A stretch of 64,000 bases of DNA, from assembly GCA_033977065.1 (NCBI GenBank), contig JAXCHI010000003.1, forward strand, positions 1 through 64,000, in the 5' to 3' direction. Below the pieces are notes generated by a model. The model had not been told where the DNA came from. It saw only the letters and a program-made list of their open reading frames with translations, and did not search any database. Shown piece by piece: positions 41,881 through 52,176 of this stretch (positions are counted from its first letter, which is position 1; each line of letters starts with the position of its first letter). The translations under genes were made by a program, and so were the position numbers. This DNA is from Candidatus Algichlamydia australiensis (lineage in GTDB: Bacteria; Chlamydiota; Chlamydiia; Chlamydiales; JAJFMI01).

Positions 41881-42606
41881 ATGTTTTTCTTAGATATGCT
41901 TAAAACAGGAGTTGATACCACAAAGTTTACAGAAGACGATGAGGTGTGCCAAAAAATTTTAAAAACAGTTGCTTTGGTCAATTTTGTCTCTGGCGGTTTC
42001 TTCGTTTCGTCGGCCTATTTTTATAATGGTAATAAGGCGATTTTGGGGGCGCTCTTACTGATAAATTCAAAGTTTCTCTACTCTTATGCTAAATTGCAAA
42101 AGCGTTTTTATGAAGATGAACGGTTACGAGAAGCTATTGGTGAGAGTGAAGAAAAACGAAAAGAGGCTATTGAAGATTTAGGGAGAGTTTCTTCAAGTAT
42201 GAACAATACAACAGATACCATGAACAAGTTGTATAAGGAAGTTGTTGAAAAAACTGAACAACTCCAAGAAATTGCCAAAGCTTCTGATGGTATAGGTGAT
42301 GCTAGCCAATCGCTCTCTGATTTAAACAAAAAATTCGATGAATTGATTGCTGGCAACAAAAAATTCATTGCACAGCAAGCAGAAATTATTGATCGAATCA
42401 ACGCAGAAATACCGCTTAAAAGCAAAGAAGACGTCGACTCTGATCCCATTTGGAAAAGAATTGATGAGTTAAATAAAAAAATTGATGCGGAGTCTGATCC
42501 TGTTTTAAGGATCGAACTGGAATTTGAACAGCTCGCCCTAGAAGAAAAAATTAATGATAGAAGGAAAAAACAAATTAAGGAAAAACCTACTAACCAAAAC
42601 AACTAA
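41881..42606 (+). CDS. Inc-like protein (bilobed hydrophobic domain + coiled coil)
   Basis: VALVNFVSGGFFVSSAYF-NGNK-AILGALLLINS followed by heptads; paralog of 43041. Confidence 0.7.
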   Translation: MFFLDMLKTGVDTTKFTEDDEVCQKILKTVALVNFVSGGFFVSSAYFYNGNKAILGALLLINSKFLYSYAKLQKRFYEDERLREAIGESEEKRKEAIEDLGRVSSSMNNTTDTMNKLYKEVVEKTEQLQEIAKASDGIGDASQSLSDLNKKFDELIAGNKKFIAQQAEIIDRINAEIPLKSKEDVDSDPIWKRIDELNKKIDAESDPVLRIELEFEQLALEEKINDRRKKQIKEKPTNQNN

Positions 42607-42680
42607 AATAGAAATTAATTTGTACGGCCAATAATATCAAGCTCATCGAAGTTGGGGTATTTTTCATTTACGCAATTATG

Positions 42681-42716
42681 AACTTAAATTGAAACCGTTA
42701 GGTGGCAACTTAAGTA
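42681..42716. mobile_element. Possible collapsed MITE remnant (two degenerate TIRs joined by 4 nt)
   Basis: AACTTAAATTGAAACC-GTTA-GGTGGCAACTTAAGTA matches the 2179 element termini at 12/16 and 13/16. Confidence 0.45.
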
Positions 42717-43040
42717 TATTAGTACTCTATCTAGGCCGTTGATAACAGGGGCAGCAATGAACAGATTAGGGCTGCTAAAAAGCAGATCAATATCTAATTG
42801 AGTGAAGAAGAATCAAGAGAAGTAAAAAACTAATTCACTAATCACGATTTCTACAGTAAAATTCTTTGTATATATTCTCTACTATTTTTAAAAATTAAAT
42901 TTTTTATAGCTAAATAAAATTTAAAAAATATTTTTTATTTAAATTTATCTAAAAGGTTGATAAAATAACTAAATAATTTCTTTTCTTATAAAGAAGGTAT
43001 TTAAGTAGAAGCTCAGGATTTTTAAAAATGGAGAAAAGGT

Positions 43041-43763
43041 ATGTCTGCAATTGAAGGAACTAAAACAGGGTGTGCCATAGAATGTGAAGCTATAGATAGT
43101 AACTATCAAAAGCTTTTAGTTTTAATGAGTGCAGTTAATTTTGTTGCAGGTGGCTTTTTTACTGTAATAGGCTGCATTCGCAAAGATAAAAGAATTCTCC
43201 TTGGTGCATTCTTATTAATAAACTCCATCGTTATCTATTCTTATTCGAGAACAAACAAGGTTATAGAAGGTATAATCGAAGATGACCAACATCGACAAGC
43301 TATCGGAGAAAGCGAAGAAAAACGCAGAGAGGCTATTGATCGCCTGGAGAGAATTTCTTCTAATATGAGCAATACGGCAGATACCATGCATAGGTTCAAG
43401 AAGGAGGTTGTTGGAAAGACTGAACAACTCCAAAAAGTTACGCAAGCTTCTACCAATATAGGTGAGGCAAGCAAATCACTCTTCAAAATAAGCGAAAAAC
43501 TTGATGAATTGATTGCAGCCAAGAAAGAATCTGTTGAAGCTCTAGAAAAAATTATTGAGAATCTCGATGCACAGCTGCCTCTCAAAACCAATGAGGAGAT
43601 TGAGTCAGATCCTCTTTGGATACAAATTAAAGAGTTAAATAGAAGGATTAGCAACGAACCGGATCCAAAAGAAAAGCTAAGGCTAGAGTTTGAGCGGCTT
43701 GCTTTAAAAGATCAGGTTATCGCTAGGAGAACGAGCCAAATCCCACAAGAAACAACTGACTAA
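43041..43763 (+). CDS. Inc-like protein, paralog of 41881..42606
   Basis: Shared VNFVxGGFF, LGAxLLINS, AIGESEEKR, SDPxW and LEFExLAL blocks. Confidence 0.72.
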   Translation: MSAIEGTKTGCAIECEAIDSNYQKLLVLMSAVNFVAGGFFTVIGCIRKDKRILLGAFLLINSIVIYSYSRTNKVIEGIIEDDQHRQAIGESEEKRREAIDRLERISSNMSNTADTMHRFKKEVVGKTEQLQKVTQASTNIGEASKSLFKISEKLDELIAAKKESVEALEKIIENLDAQLPLKTNEEIESDPLWIQIKELNRRISNEPDPKEKLRLEFERLALKDQVIARRTSQIPQETTD

Positions 43764-43775
43764 TCAAAAAACGGG

Positions 43776-44603
43776 TCAATCGAGACCATCACCGAGGTCA
43801 TCGCCTTTATGATAGGAGCCTTTGATATTTTTCCTCTGCATCTCCCTTGCATGGCGCAAGATTTTTACGCCCATCTCCACATGGTCAGGCATAAAATTTT
43901 CGTAAACGAACTCGGATGTGCGCTTTGTTTTGACCTGTGCAAGCGGTAGGTCCGAGATAAGTAGAAGCGCGCCAAGAGTAAATTTGCGCTTGTAGCTTGC
44001 AGTGAAAAGCGTTGCACACTCAAGTTCAATTGCTTGCGCGCGTGTTGCTTTCAAGCGATCTTTGAACTCTTCGTTATACTCCCAAAAGCGCTTGTTTGTT
44101 GTGAATGTCAACCCAATATGATAATTGCGCGCCTCTTCTTGCAGCACCTCTGTTACGGCTTTTTGCATCAAAAAGTTTCCAAGAGCGGGTACTTCAGGAG
44201 GAAAGTAGAAGTCCGAAGTCCCTTCTGCACGAATACTTGCCACAGGAACAAGATATTCGCCAATTTGATAGCGGCGGCGCAATCCGCCACACATGCCTAG
44301 CATCAAAGCAGTTTTTACAGGTAAAAACCCACACAGATCAATAACAAGTGCTGCAGCTGGCGAGCCAATCTTAAAATCGAGAATCGAGACATCCTCTTTT
44401 TCACAGTGCGCCACTTTAAACATCGAACCTTCAATGAGCTCGATATTCCTCGTTTTGGCGTAGTGCTCAACATAACGAGGGAAATTCGTAAGCAAAAGGC
44501 TGGAGCAAAAAGCTTCAGGCGGACAACCGGCATACCGCTCTAATGTATCTCGAGCAAATTGTTCTTCTTGCACCACATCTTCTTCAAACATCATAGAAAA
44601 CAC
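43776..44603 (-). CDS. amn: AMP nucleosidase
   Basis: LLLTNF, FKIGSPAAAL, LGMCGGLR, IRAEGTSDFY, TTNKRFWE and LLLISDLP motifs; near efp as in Chlamydia. Confidence 0.92.
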   Translation of the reverse strand: MFSMMFEEDVVQEEQFARDTLERYAGCPPEAFCSSLLLTNFPRYVEHYAKTRNIELIEGSMFKVAHCEKEDVSILDFKIGSPAAALVIDLCGFLPVKTALMLGMCGGLRRRYQIGEYLVPVASIRAEGTSDFYFPPEVPALGNFLMQKAVTEVLQEEARNYHIGLTFTTNKRFWEYNEEFKDRLKATRAQAIELECATLFTASYKRKFTLGALLLISDLPLAQVKTKRTSEFVYENFMPDHVEMGVKILRHAREMQRKNIKGSYHKGDDLGDGLD

Positions 44604-44712
44604 TCTCCCAATTCCCCAATACCCGATCTCACAAAAAAAAAATACGGAAAACCTTTTGATTAAAATTACGTAAAGATTTAAGTTAAGTTAGAAAATATTT
44701 TGGGAGGTAGAT

Positions 44713-45699
44713 ATGAGCTCAAGTTTGGGAATAATGGCAGTAAGAATGGCTGCTGAAAATGCAACTTCATTAGGAGGACAAACTCTCTCTTATGCAGCAA
44801 GCTCTGCCAAAGATAAAATTTCTGAAAAGGAATGGTCAAAAGGTGACTTCATTTTCCTGGGGTTTACTGCAACATTCGCATATAGGGCATATATTTCTGA
44901 AAAACGTACAGATAAAGCATATTGGGTAACTGCTGCTGTTGCTACACTATATATTTGGAGCAAATATGAATGGGGAAACCAACTGAAGCAGATGAAGGAA
45001 AACATAGCAGAGCAAAAAGAGCAACTAGAATGTCAGAAAACAATAACCCAAAATTTGAAGAATCACCAACGCGTTTCAGAAATACAGCTGAAAGCTCGAG
45101 AACAGCTACAAAAAGAGGCCATCTCAGGCCGTGAAGCCGAAGCTAAAGCCCGCAAAGAAGAAGCCGAACGTAACGTTAAGCTTAATAATCAACTTCGAGA
45201 ATCTCAAGAACAGTCCGTTGAACTTAGTAATCAACTTCGAGAATCTCAAGAACGGTCTGCTGAACTTAATAACAGCCTGGAAGAAGCAATCACACGACTT
45301 AACAAAGGGGCCGTTCTTCAAAAAATACGAGAAAGAGGCTTGGTCATTGAATATGACGAAAGAGTTGAAACCTTAGTCGGAGTCACAAATGCATTCCAAT
45401 CACAACTAGCTTCAACGGGAGAAAATATACTAGAATTCATAGTTAGAAATAATAATGTTCTAAAAGAAATTGAAACCGTCACAGCTAATGCTCAGAAAAT
45501 TCAAAATCAGACCCTGAAAATTGGTGATCTTTCGAATGAAGAAACGATATTAGTAATAAATGTAGTTTTCCGATCAAGAGGTATTGAGTTATCCGAAGAT
45601 GATTGTAGAAAAATGTTTATTAAAGCAGCAACAACTTATTCTTCAAAAAAAATCAGCCATTCAAATAATCACGAGAAAAGGATGGAAGGAGAAGTCTAG
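44713..45699 (+). CDS. Inc-like coiled-coil protein between amn and efp
   Basis: Two short hydrophobic segments followed by a long coiled coil. Confidence 0.65.
   Translation: MSSSLGIMAVRMAAENATSLGGQTLSYAASSAKDKISEKEWSKGDFIFLGFTATFAYRAYISEKRTDKAYWVTAAVATLYIWSKYEWGNQLKQMKENIAEQKEQLECQKTITQNLKNHQRVSEIQLKAREQLQKEAISGREAEAKARKEEAERNVKLNNQLRESQEQSVELSNQLRESQERSAELNNSLEEAITRLNKGAVLQKIRERGLVIEYDERVETLVGVTNAFQSQLASTGENILEFIVRNNNVLKEIETVTANAQKIQNQTLKIGDLSNEETILVINVVFRSRGIELSEDDCRKMFIKAATTYSSKKISHSNNHEKRMEGEV
45181..45264 (+). repeat. 42-bp in-frame tandem repeat (two copies of a 14-aa unit, each two heptads)
   Basis: LNNQLRESQEQSVE / LSNQLRESQERSAE. Confidence 0.9.
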
Positions 45700-45755
45700 A
45701 AGGAATTGCTTATCAGGCTCTCTCTGTGATATGATCGTTTGAAAAAAGGGTTTAT

Positions 45756-46325
45756 ATGGCGTCTGTTGGTACGAATGATTTGAAGTCGGGAATGAAGGTC
45801 AAAATTGATAACGCTCCCTACGGTATTGTGAGCTGCGAGTTTGTTAAACCTGGTAAAGGTCAGGCTTTTGCTAGGGTAAAAGTAAAAAATTACCTTACTG
45901 GGCGCGTTTTAGAGAAAACGTTTAAGTCTAATGAAAAATTAGATTTGGCTGATGTTGATGAGAAGAGTATGCGCTTGCTCTACACTGAACAGGATAGCGC
46001 TGTCTTTATGGATGATAAGACTTTTGATCAAATCGATGTTCCTTTTACAAGTTTAGGCGAGAGTCAGAAGTGGCTGATGGAAGATACGGTCTATGATGTG
46101 ATTCTCTATGAGGGTCGGGTCATTGATGTGCAAGCGCCAACGTTTATGGAGCTTGTAATCACAGAGACTGCTCCGGGCGTGCGGGGCGACACGGCATCAG
46201 GCCGTGTGATGAAACCTGCTAAGGTCGAGACGGGCGCTGAGGTGCAGGTGCCAATTTTCGTCAATGAGGGCGAAAAGATTAAGGTCGATACCCGCACGGG
46301 AAAGTATGACTCACGCGTCACGTAG
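45756..46325 (+). CDS. efp: Elongation factor P
   Basis: KPGKGQAF, PGVRGDT, ETGAEVQVPIF and KVDTRTG motifs. Confidence 0.97.
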   Translation: MASVGTNDLKSGMKVKIDNAPYGIVSCEFVKPGKGQAFARVKVKNYLTGRVLEKTFKSNEKLDLADVDEKSMRLLYTEQDSAVFMDDKTFDQIDVPFTSLGESQKWLMEDTVYDVILYEGRVIDVQAPTFMELVITETAPGVRGDTASGRVMKPAKVETGAEVQVPIFVNEGEKIKVDTRTGKYDSRVT

Positions 46326-47202
46326 CTCTTCGCTCCTTTATAAACGAGCGGAGATGTTTCAGGCTGTAAGACGCTTTTTTGAGGAGCGTTCTGTTCTTGA
46401 GGTTGATGTTCCCTCTCTTGTGCGCGCTCCGATTGTCGATTTGCACATTGATCCGATGCGGGTTGGGTCTGAATTTTTGATCACTTCTCCTGAATCGGGC
46501 ATGAAACAACTTTTGGCTAAAGGTTCGGGCGATATTTATCAGATAGCCCATGTCTTCCGTGCAGGAGAAAAGGGTAAGCTTCACAATCCAGAATTCACGA
46601 TGGTAGAGTGGTACCGTGTCGGAATGGGATTTGAACCATTTATTGATGAGACGGTGCAATTCATTTCCCTTTTTGTTGGTCAAGCTCCGCGAGTTTTTTT
46701 CTCTTTCCAAGAGGCTTTTTTGCACTTTTTGCGTATCGATCCTTTTGAAGCAAAGGATGAGGAGCTACGCGCTTTAGCTGAGTTACCTGAAGATTGGGAC
46801 CGCGAGACGATTTTACACTACTTAATGGGTTTTGTTATTGAGCCAAAATTTGATCCTGAAATTTTTACTGTAGTTACGGATTTTCCTGAGAGTGAGGCAG
46901 CTCTTGCTAAGATTGAGAATGGCAGAGCTAAGCGTTTCGAGGTCTACTTCGGTGGGTTTGAGCTCGCTAATGGGTATGATGAGCTAGATGATGCAGCTGA
47001 GTTGCGCAGTCGTTTTGTAGAGGCTAATCGGAAGCGCGTGCAGCATGGGAAAGAGGTACTTCCTCTTGATGAAGAGTTATTGGCTGCAATGGAAAAGGGT
47101 TTCCCAGAGTGCTGCGGTGTGGCGGTTGGGTTTGACCGTCTGCTCATGCTAAAGCTAGGAGCAGATTCGATTGCTCACATCCAACCCTGCACAATGGGAT
47201 AG
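46306..47202 (+). CDS. epmA: EF-P beta-lysyl transferase (GenX/PoxA)
   Basis: TSPE.MKQLLA, HNPEFTMVEWYR, ELANGYDEL and GVAVGFDRLLM motifs; follows efp; start uncertain. Confidence 0.93.
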   Translation: MTHASRSSSLLYKRAEMFQAVRRFFEERSVLEVDVPSLVRAPIVDLHIDPMRVGSEFLITSPESGMKQLLAKGSGDIYQIAHVFRAGEKGKLHNPEFTMVEWYRVGMGFEPFIDETVQFISLFVGQAPRVFFSFQEAFLHFLRIDPFEAKDEELRALAELPEDWDRETILHYLMGFVIEPKFDPEIFTVVTDFPESEAALAKIENGRAKRFEVYFGGFELANGYDELDDAAELRSRFVEANRKRVQHGKEVLPLDEELLAAMEKGFPECCGVAVGFDRLLMLKLGADSIAHIQPCTMG

Positions 47203-47203
47203 C
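47174..47203 (-). repeat. Duplicate of the nadE 3' end, overlapping the epmA 3' end
   Basis: 27/30 identical to 47447-47476; both encode YPIVQGWM*. Confidence 0.85.
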
Positions 47204-47310
47204 CCAATCCCGAGACTTTGACGTCCAACGATTTTACTAGTGATAAACCTTTATTAAAACTTTCTATATTCATATTTAAGTGATTTGAATTTAGTTGTTT
47301 AAAAGCCAAG

Positions 47311-47408
47311 AAAAAGTATCCGCTGGCTATAAATTCCTATATTCAGCGGATAAAACACAAAAACAAAAAGTATCCGCCAGGTATAAATTTCTATAGCTGG
47401 CGGATACT
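47311..47408. repeat. Two tandem palindromes, 54-nt period
   Basis: TATCCGCTG..CAGCGGATA and AGTATCCGCCAG..CTGGCGGATACT. Confidence 0.8.
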
Positions 47409-47447
47409 CAAGAAGGTTAAAAATACCGATTTACTTGGGCTGCCTAC

Positions 47448-49082
47448 TCACATCCACCCTTGCACAATAGGATAGCGCCGGCCCACTCCAAAGGATTTAC
47501 GTGTCACACGCAAGATTGGCGGACCTTGTCGTCGTTTGTACTCCGCGCGATGAATGCGTTGCACAAGGTTCATTACGGTTTCAAGCGGAATTTTATACTT
47601 ACTCGAGATTTCATCTAAAGAGAGATATTCTTCAACATAGCCTTGCAACACTGCATCAACAATGCCGTAATCTGGGAGGCTATCAAGATCTTTTTGGTCT
47701 GGTCGCAGTTCAGCACTCGGAGGACGGTCTATGATATTTTGAGGAATAATTTCTCCGTTGCGGTTGATGTAGCGACAAAGTTTGTAAACTTTTGTCTTGA
47801 TTACATCTCCAATCACGCCAAGCCCTCCGCACATATCTCCGTAGAGTGTGGAGTAACCTAGTGCTGTCTCACTCTTATTCCCTGTACTTAAGACTATGTG
47901 CCCATTTTTATTGGAGTAGGCCATGATGATGAGGCCTCGGATGCGCGCCTGCATATTTTCTTCGGTTACATCTGTGGGCTTATCACCAAAGTGTGGTTTG
48001 AGCAGATCCAAAAATGTAGTAAAGGGCTTTTCAATCGGGATCTCAATGGTCTCTACTCCCAGGTTTTTTGCTAAAGAGATGGAGTCTGTCACGCTCTCTT
48101 TGCTCGAATAGCGGGATGGCAGCATGATTCCCAATACGTTTTCAGGTCCTAAAGCGTCTTTTGCAATGCAAATTACAAGTGCTGAATCAATTCCTCCTGA
48201 GAGTCCCAAGCACGCTTTGGTAAATCCTTGTTTGTGGAAGTAGTCGCGCACTCCCATCACGAGGCTCTGATAAAGATCTTCTAACACATCATATTCGAAA
48301 GGACAGGTGCATGTTGGTGCATCAACGTCGATGATCATGACGTCTTCTTCGAATCCTTTTGCAAGCTGCCGCAATGTTCCATCAGCATTTACGCATACGC
48401 TATACCCATCAAAAAGAATTTGATCATTGCCCCCTACTTGGCAGCAGAGAATAACGGGACAGTTTAAGGTTTTAGCTGCCTTGGCGCAGACTTCTACACG
48501 TGTGTCAGGTTTTTGATACTGATAGGGCGAGGCTGAAAGGTTAAGAAGAAGGTCGATCCCCTCTTTTTTGAGCTCTTCAACTGGGTCGCGTTTGTACTGC
48601 GCGGGACCTGTTTTGCCTGCATGCTGCCAGATATCTTCACAGATAATAACGCCTACTCGCTTGCCGTTCACTTCGGTAATACAGAGCTCTTTTCCTGGGT
48701 CAAAGTAGCGTCTCTCAGTAAAAACGTCGTAGGTAGGTAAAAGCCACTTATCATAAAACCCTTTGAGTTTTCCATTGGAGATGATGGCGCAGCTATTGCA
48801 AAGTCCGTTGGTTCCATCGTTTGTATTGCGACGCACAAGACCTACAAAAACAGTGAGATTGTGAGAATTTTTTACAATTTTTTCTAGGTGCTCATACATG
48901 CTATCGATAAAGCTGTGGTGATAGAGCAAATCTTCTGGCATGTAGCCACAGATTGTCATCTCAGGAAAGATGATAATTTCTGATCCAGAGGTGCGTGCGC
49001 GATCCATATCACGCAAAACTTTTTCTGTGTTCTGATCAAGATCCCCAATTTTGAGGTTAAGTTGCGATACAAATATTTTCAC
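47448..49082 (-). CDS. nadE: Glutamine-dependent NAD+ synthetase
   Basis: Nitrilase domain (FPE, K..LPTYDVF, ICEDIW) plus LSGGIDS, ENMQARIRG, STGNKSE and PPSAELRPDQKD. Confidence 0.96.
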   Translation of the reverse strand: MKIFVSQLNLKIGDLDQNTEKVLRDMDRARTSGSEIIIFPEMTICGYMPEDLLYHHSFIDSMYEHLEKIVKNSHNLTVFVGLVRRNTNDGTNGLCNSCAIISNGKLKGFYDKWLLPTYDVFTERRYFDPGKELCITEVNGKRVGVIICEDIWQHAGKTGPAQYKRDPVEELKKEGIDLLLNLSASPYQYQKPDTRVEVCAKAAKTLNCPVILCCQVGGNDQILFDGYSVCVNADGTLRQLAKGFEEDVMIIDVDAPTCTCPFEYDVLEDLYQSLVMGVRDYFHKQGFTKACLGLSGGIDSALVICIAKDALGPENVLGIMLPSRYSSKESVTDSISLAKNLGVETIEIPIEKPFTTFLDLLKPHFGDKPTDVTEENMQARIRGLIIMAYSNKNGHIVLSTGNKSETALGYSTLYGDMCGGLGVIGDVIKTKVYKLCRYINRNGEIIPQNIIDRPPSAELRPDQKDLDSLPDYGIVDAVLQGYVEEYLSLDEISSKYKIPLETVMNLVQRIHRAEYKRRQGPPILRVTRKSFGVGRRYPIVQGWM

Positions 49083-49207
49083 GAGATTATTCCATTATTG
49101 TTGCTTATAAAGTTTTTCATGATTTTCTGTTCATTTTTTCTCAATTTTTGAGGTAAACTTTAAAAAGTTGGCCGAAAAAATTGGAAGCATAAGATAATGG
49201 TGTAGTC

Positions 49208-50470
49208 TCAAGATCCAAAGTCATCCAATACAATATTTTCTCTCTCAACTCCGTAGTTGTCGAGAAGTTTCATCACACTCTGATTATGCATGGGAGGACC
49301 GCAAACATAATAGAGGCAATTTTCCGGTTCATTCATTTTTTCTAACTGTCCTATCTCAAACGCCTTGAAGAGAAAACCTGTTTGCTCAGGATCGTCTACT
49401 GGCCAGCCGCCTGCTTTATCTTCATCTGTTGGCTCTGAAAGAACAAGACGGTAAGAGAAGTTCTCATGTTCTGCGTCGAGTGCTCGAAATTCCTCTTCGT
49501 AAATGTTTTCTTTGATGGAGCGCGCTCCATACCAGAGTGTGACTTTGCGCTTTGTCTTTTTGTTATGAAAAAGATCAAGAATATGACTACGCCCAAATGA
49601 TGATCCCGCTCCTCCTATAAGAAAGATCAGCTCTCTATCATCGTGTATCATATGCGATTCGCCAAAAGGACCGGATAAGCGTACTTCATCTCCCGGTTTG
49701 AGAGAAAATGTATAGGAGGAGCAAATTCCCCAAGGAACATTTTTTGCAGGCGGTGTTGCGATGCGAATATTAAATTTTAGATGCTCTTCGCCCGGGTAAG
49801 AGGCCATTGAGTAGGCTCGGATTACTTCTTCATCAAAGGATCCAAAATCAATTTTTGTATCAAAAAGCTGAAACTTCTCCCAATCAGCAAAGTACTTCTC
49901 TTCCATTGTCCCCTTCCACTCCGAGGTGTTGGTGACAAAAGGTGGCACATGAAACTGGAGGTAATCCCCTGGTTGGTAACTTTCGATCGCGTCTTTGGGA
50001 ATTTCGATGATCAGCTCTTTTATGAATGTGGCCACGTTTTGATTGGAGACAACTTTTCCTTTAAACTCCTTCAAGGTCAAAAGAGATTCTGGAATCTTGA
50101 GTTCCATGTCCTCTTTGACTTTGCATTGGCATGAGAGCCGCCACCCCTCTTTTAGCTGATGATAGCTAAAAGTGGCCTTATCTGTTTCTAAAATATCGTT
50201 ACTGCTGTTGACTATCTGAACTTTGCACTGTTTGCATGTCGCCTTGCCCCCACAAGGAGACGGCACTGCGATGCCTTGCGACAAGAGTGCTGAAAGCAGC
50301 GTCTGTCCTGCTGACACCTCTTTTGTAAGCTCCTCATCCTCATTAATCTTTAACTTGCAGGGTTTTGTCGATACAAGATAGCGTCTTACACCCAAGATCA
50401 TAAAGGAGAGTATGAGGCCAATGCCCACAAAACTGAGCGAACTAATAAGGAGTAGTATCAGGTCCATCAC
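49208..50470 (-). CDS. nqrF: Na(+)-translocating NADH:quinone reductase subunit F
   Basis: N-terminal TM; CGGKATCKQC 2Fe-2S; RAYSMAS, GPFG, GGAG and CGPP..LDDFG motifs. Confidence 0.96.
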   Translation of the reverse strand: MMDLILLLISSLSFVGIGLILSFMILGVRRYLVSTKPCKLKINEDEELTKEVSAGQTLLSALLSQGIAVPSPCGGKATCKQCKVQIVNSSNDILETDKATFSYHQLKEGWRLSCQCKVKEDMELKIPESLLTLKEFKGKVVSNQNVATFIKELIIEIPKDAIESYQPGDYLQFHVPPFVTNTSEWKGTMEEKYFADWEKFQLFDTKIDFGSFDEEVIRAYSMASYPGEEHLKFNIRIATPPAKNVPWGICSSYTFSLKPGDEVRLSGPFGESHMIHDDRELIFLIGGAGSSFGRSHILDLFHNKKTKRKVTLWYGARSIKENIYEEEFRALDAEHENFSYRLVLSEPTDEDKAGGWPVDDPEQTGFLFKAFEIGQLEKMNEPENCLYYVCGPPMHNQSVMKLLDNYGVERENIVLDDFGS

Positions 50471-50670
50471 TCTCTAATAAAGCATTTGCTAGATAGAGAA
50501 CAACACACTATTTCGATTTAAATATTCATCATGGTAAATCATTGTGAAAAACAATTGCTTTTTTTCTAAACAGTATTGACGTTAAATCTTCCAACCTGGC
50601 AGAATCCTAAAGAAAAAGATTTCTTAACACAAATAGCAGGAAATCTTAATATACCAGGGGGGGGGGATTT

Positions 50671-52164
50671 ATGAGTGTTCAAATTAGAGCTTTTGGCCCA
50701 CAAGAAAGGGTCGATGTGTTGCGGACAGCTTTTCCAAAGTCTAGAGAATTGAGCCAGGGAGTCAGTGCAATCAACCTAGCCGACGACTGGCTTAGCAACC
50801 CCGACAAGTACGACCCTAACGATCACATACATGTTTGTATTGGTGAATCTTATACCGGTTGTATCTTGCAATCATTAATGCGAAGACCAGTAAAGCACTC
50901 TAGTTGCGGTAATAGATTTGAGCATGCTTTTTTAAAACGAGCTCTTGATACTGATCGCAGAAAATTATGCCCCATGTGTCGGACACCCATAACAAGCATG
51001 CCCGATGTTGATGTCCAACTCCAAGGAGAAATTGCTCAATTCTCTACAAAGCTCCTCAGAAGAGTGTATGCTTACATCGAAGCACTTGAAGAACAAAGAC
51101 AGGAAGAACGCCCTGAATGGCGAGCTGCACAACTCCAAATACAGCCTCTAAGGCTGAGAAGAGCTCGGGTAAACCCTCAAGCAGAGGCTATAGCAGCCTT
51201 GTATCGGGAAGTGATAGATGAGATTTTGGAAGAAAATCCCTTCCCAACAGAATTTGAAGAGAGAGATCTTAATAGTAAAATATTCGTTATTGATGACTTA
51301 AACCGAACAGACTGGGGCAAAATTCGCAAATTTTCTATTGCCGGCTTTGTAGGAGGAGCCGCTTTGGGCGGAGCAGCAGCCTGTTACTTTTATCCCCCTT
51401 CAACACCAAAATGTGCTGCAAAAGGAGCAGCTGTAGGCGCTATTGCGGGTGGTGCTGCGGGTGCTGGGTATGCAAAGCACTTAGACTACCAAAACAGACG
51501 ATCTCTAAGAAAAGAACATGCAAGACTATTAAACGAATTACTGAGTGGGGAGTTTCATAACATCCAATACAGCTTGAAACAAGAGCTTGAAACAAACAGA
51601 GGTCTAATCAGAAGGTTTATTACCGACAACCCGCAAGTTTTAAACCTTTTAATCGACGATTCTAAGCGAGACAGAAATAAAGAGTTGCAAGTTTTGTTTG
51701 CTGGCTTCCAAAAATATGTTGTTTCCTTGTTTAGCGGAGATACAGACATTGAAATACTTCCTAATTCACAATCTATAGACCAAAGAGTTCCAATAAGCCG
51801 CGAACAGATAGAAAATAATTTCGATATATTTCGTCTAAACACATCCCTTCTTATTATGTATGTTTATAAGCGATTTTTACTTTCTAAACTGGGTGTAAGA
51901 AATGAACTCGAGATAAACATAGCTGATATTGAACGTGAAACACAAGGTATTTCCAGCAGGTATCGTAGTAAAGTTGTCTCCTTAGGAAAAGTCCACTTTT
52001 GCAATCGTGTTCTTGCAAAAATCTCTAGCATATTTGTCAATCACTTTAAAGAGGAAGCACGCGAGCTCCAAGGGGAGGAGCGTGACCTTAAAAAAGGAAG
52101 AGTTAGCTTGTGGGAAAACTTCCTTGATAAAATCATTGATCGAAACCCAATTAACGGCTTTTAA
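50671..52164 (+). CDS. RING/U-box-like domain protein with hydrophobic hairpin (candidate E3 ligase effector)
   Basis: GCILQSLMRRPVKHSSCGNRFE...CPMCRTPI; Gly/Ala-rich paired hydrophobic segments. Confidence 0.7.
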   Translation: MSVQIRAFGPQERVDVLRTAFPKSRELSQGVSAINLADDWLSNPDKYDPNDHIHVCIGESYTGCILQSLMRRPVKHSSCGNRFEHAFLKRALDTDRRKLCPMCRTPITSMPDVDVQLQGEIAQFSTKLLRRVYAYIEALEEQRQEERPEWRAAQLQIQPLRLRRARVNPQAEAIAALYREVIDEILEENPFPTEFEERDLNSKIFVIDDLNRTDWGKIRKFSIAGFVGGAALGGAAACYFYPPSTPKCAAKGAAVGAIAGGAAGAGYAKHLDYQNRRSLRKEHARLLNELLSGEFHNIQYSLKQELETNRGLIRRFITDNPQVLNLLIDDSKRDRNKELQVLFAGFQKYVVSLFSGDTDIEILPNSQSIDQRVPISREQIENNFDIFRLNTSLLIMYVYKRFLLSKLGVRNELEINIADIERETQGISSRYRSKVVSLGKVHFCNRVLAKISSIFVNHFKEEARELQGEERDLKKGRVSLWENFLDKIIDRNPINGF

Positions 52165-52176
52165 AAGAGGTAAAGT

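Noticed and set aside
42108..43654. Long Ser/Leu-rich minus-strand ORFs (42108..42602, 43241..43654)
   Set aside because: Antisense to coiled-coil Inc-like genes, a typical artefact.
47311..47408. Palindrome pairs (also 53555-53645) as mini-CRISPR arrays or integron attC sites
   Set aside because: Only two units each, short low-complexity spacers, no cas or intI genes, and no RYYYAAC/GTTRRRY ends.
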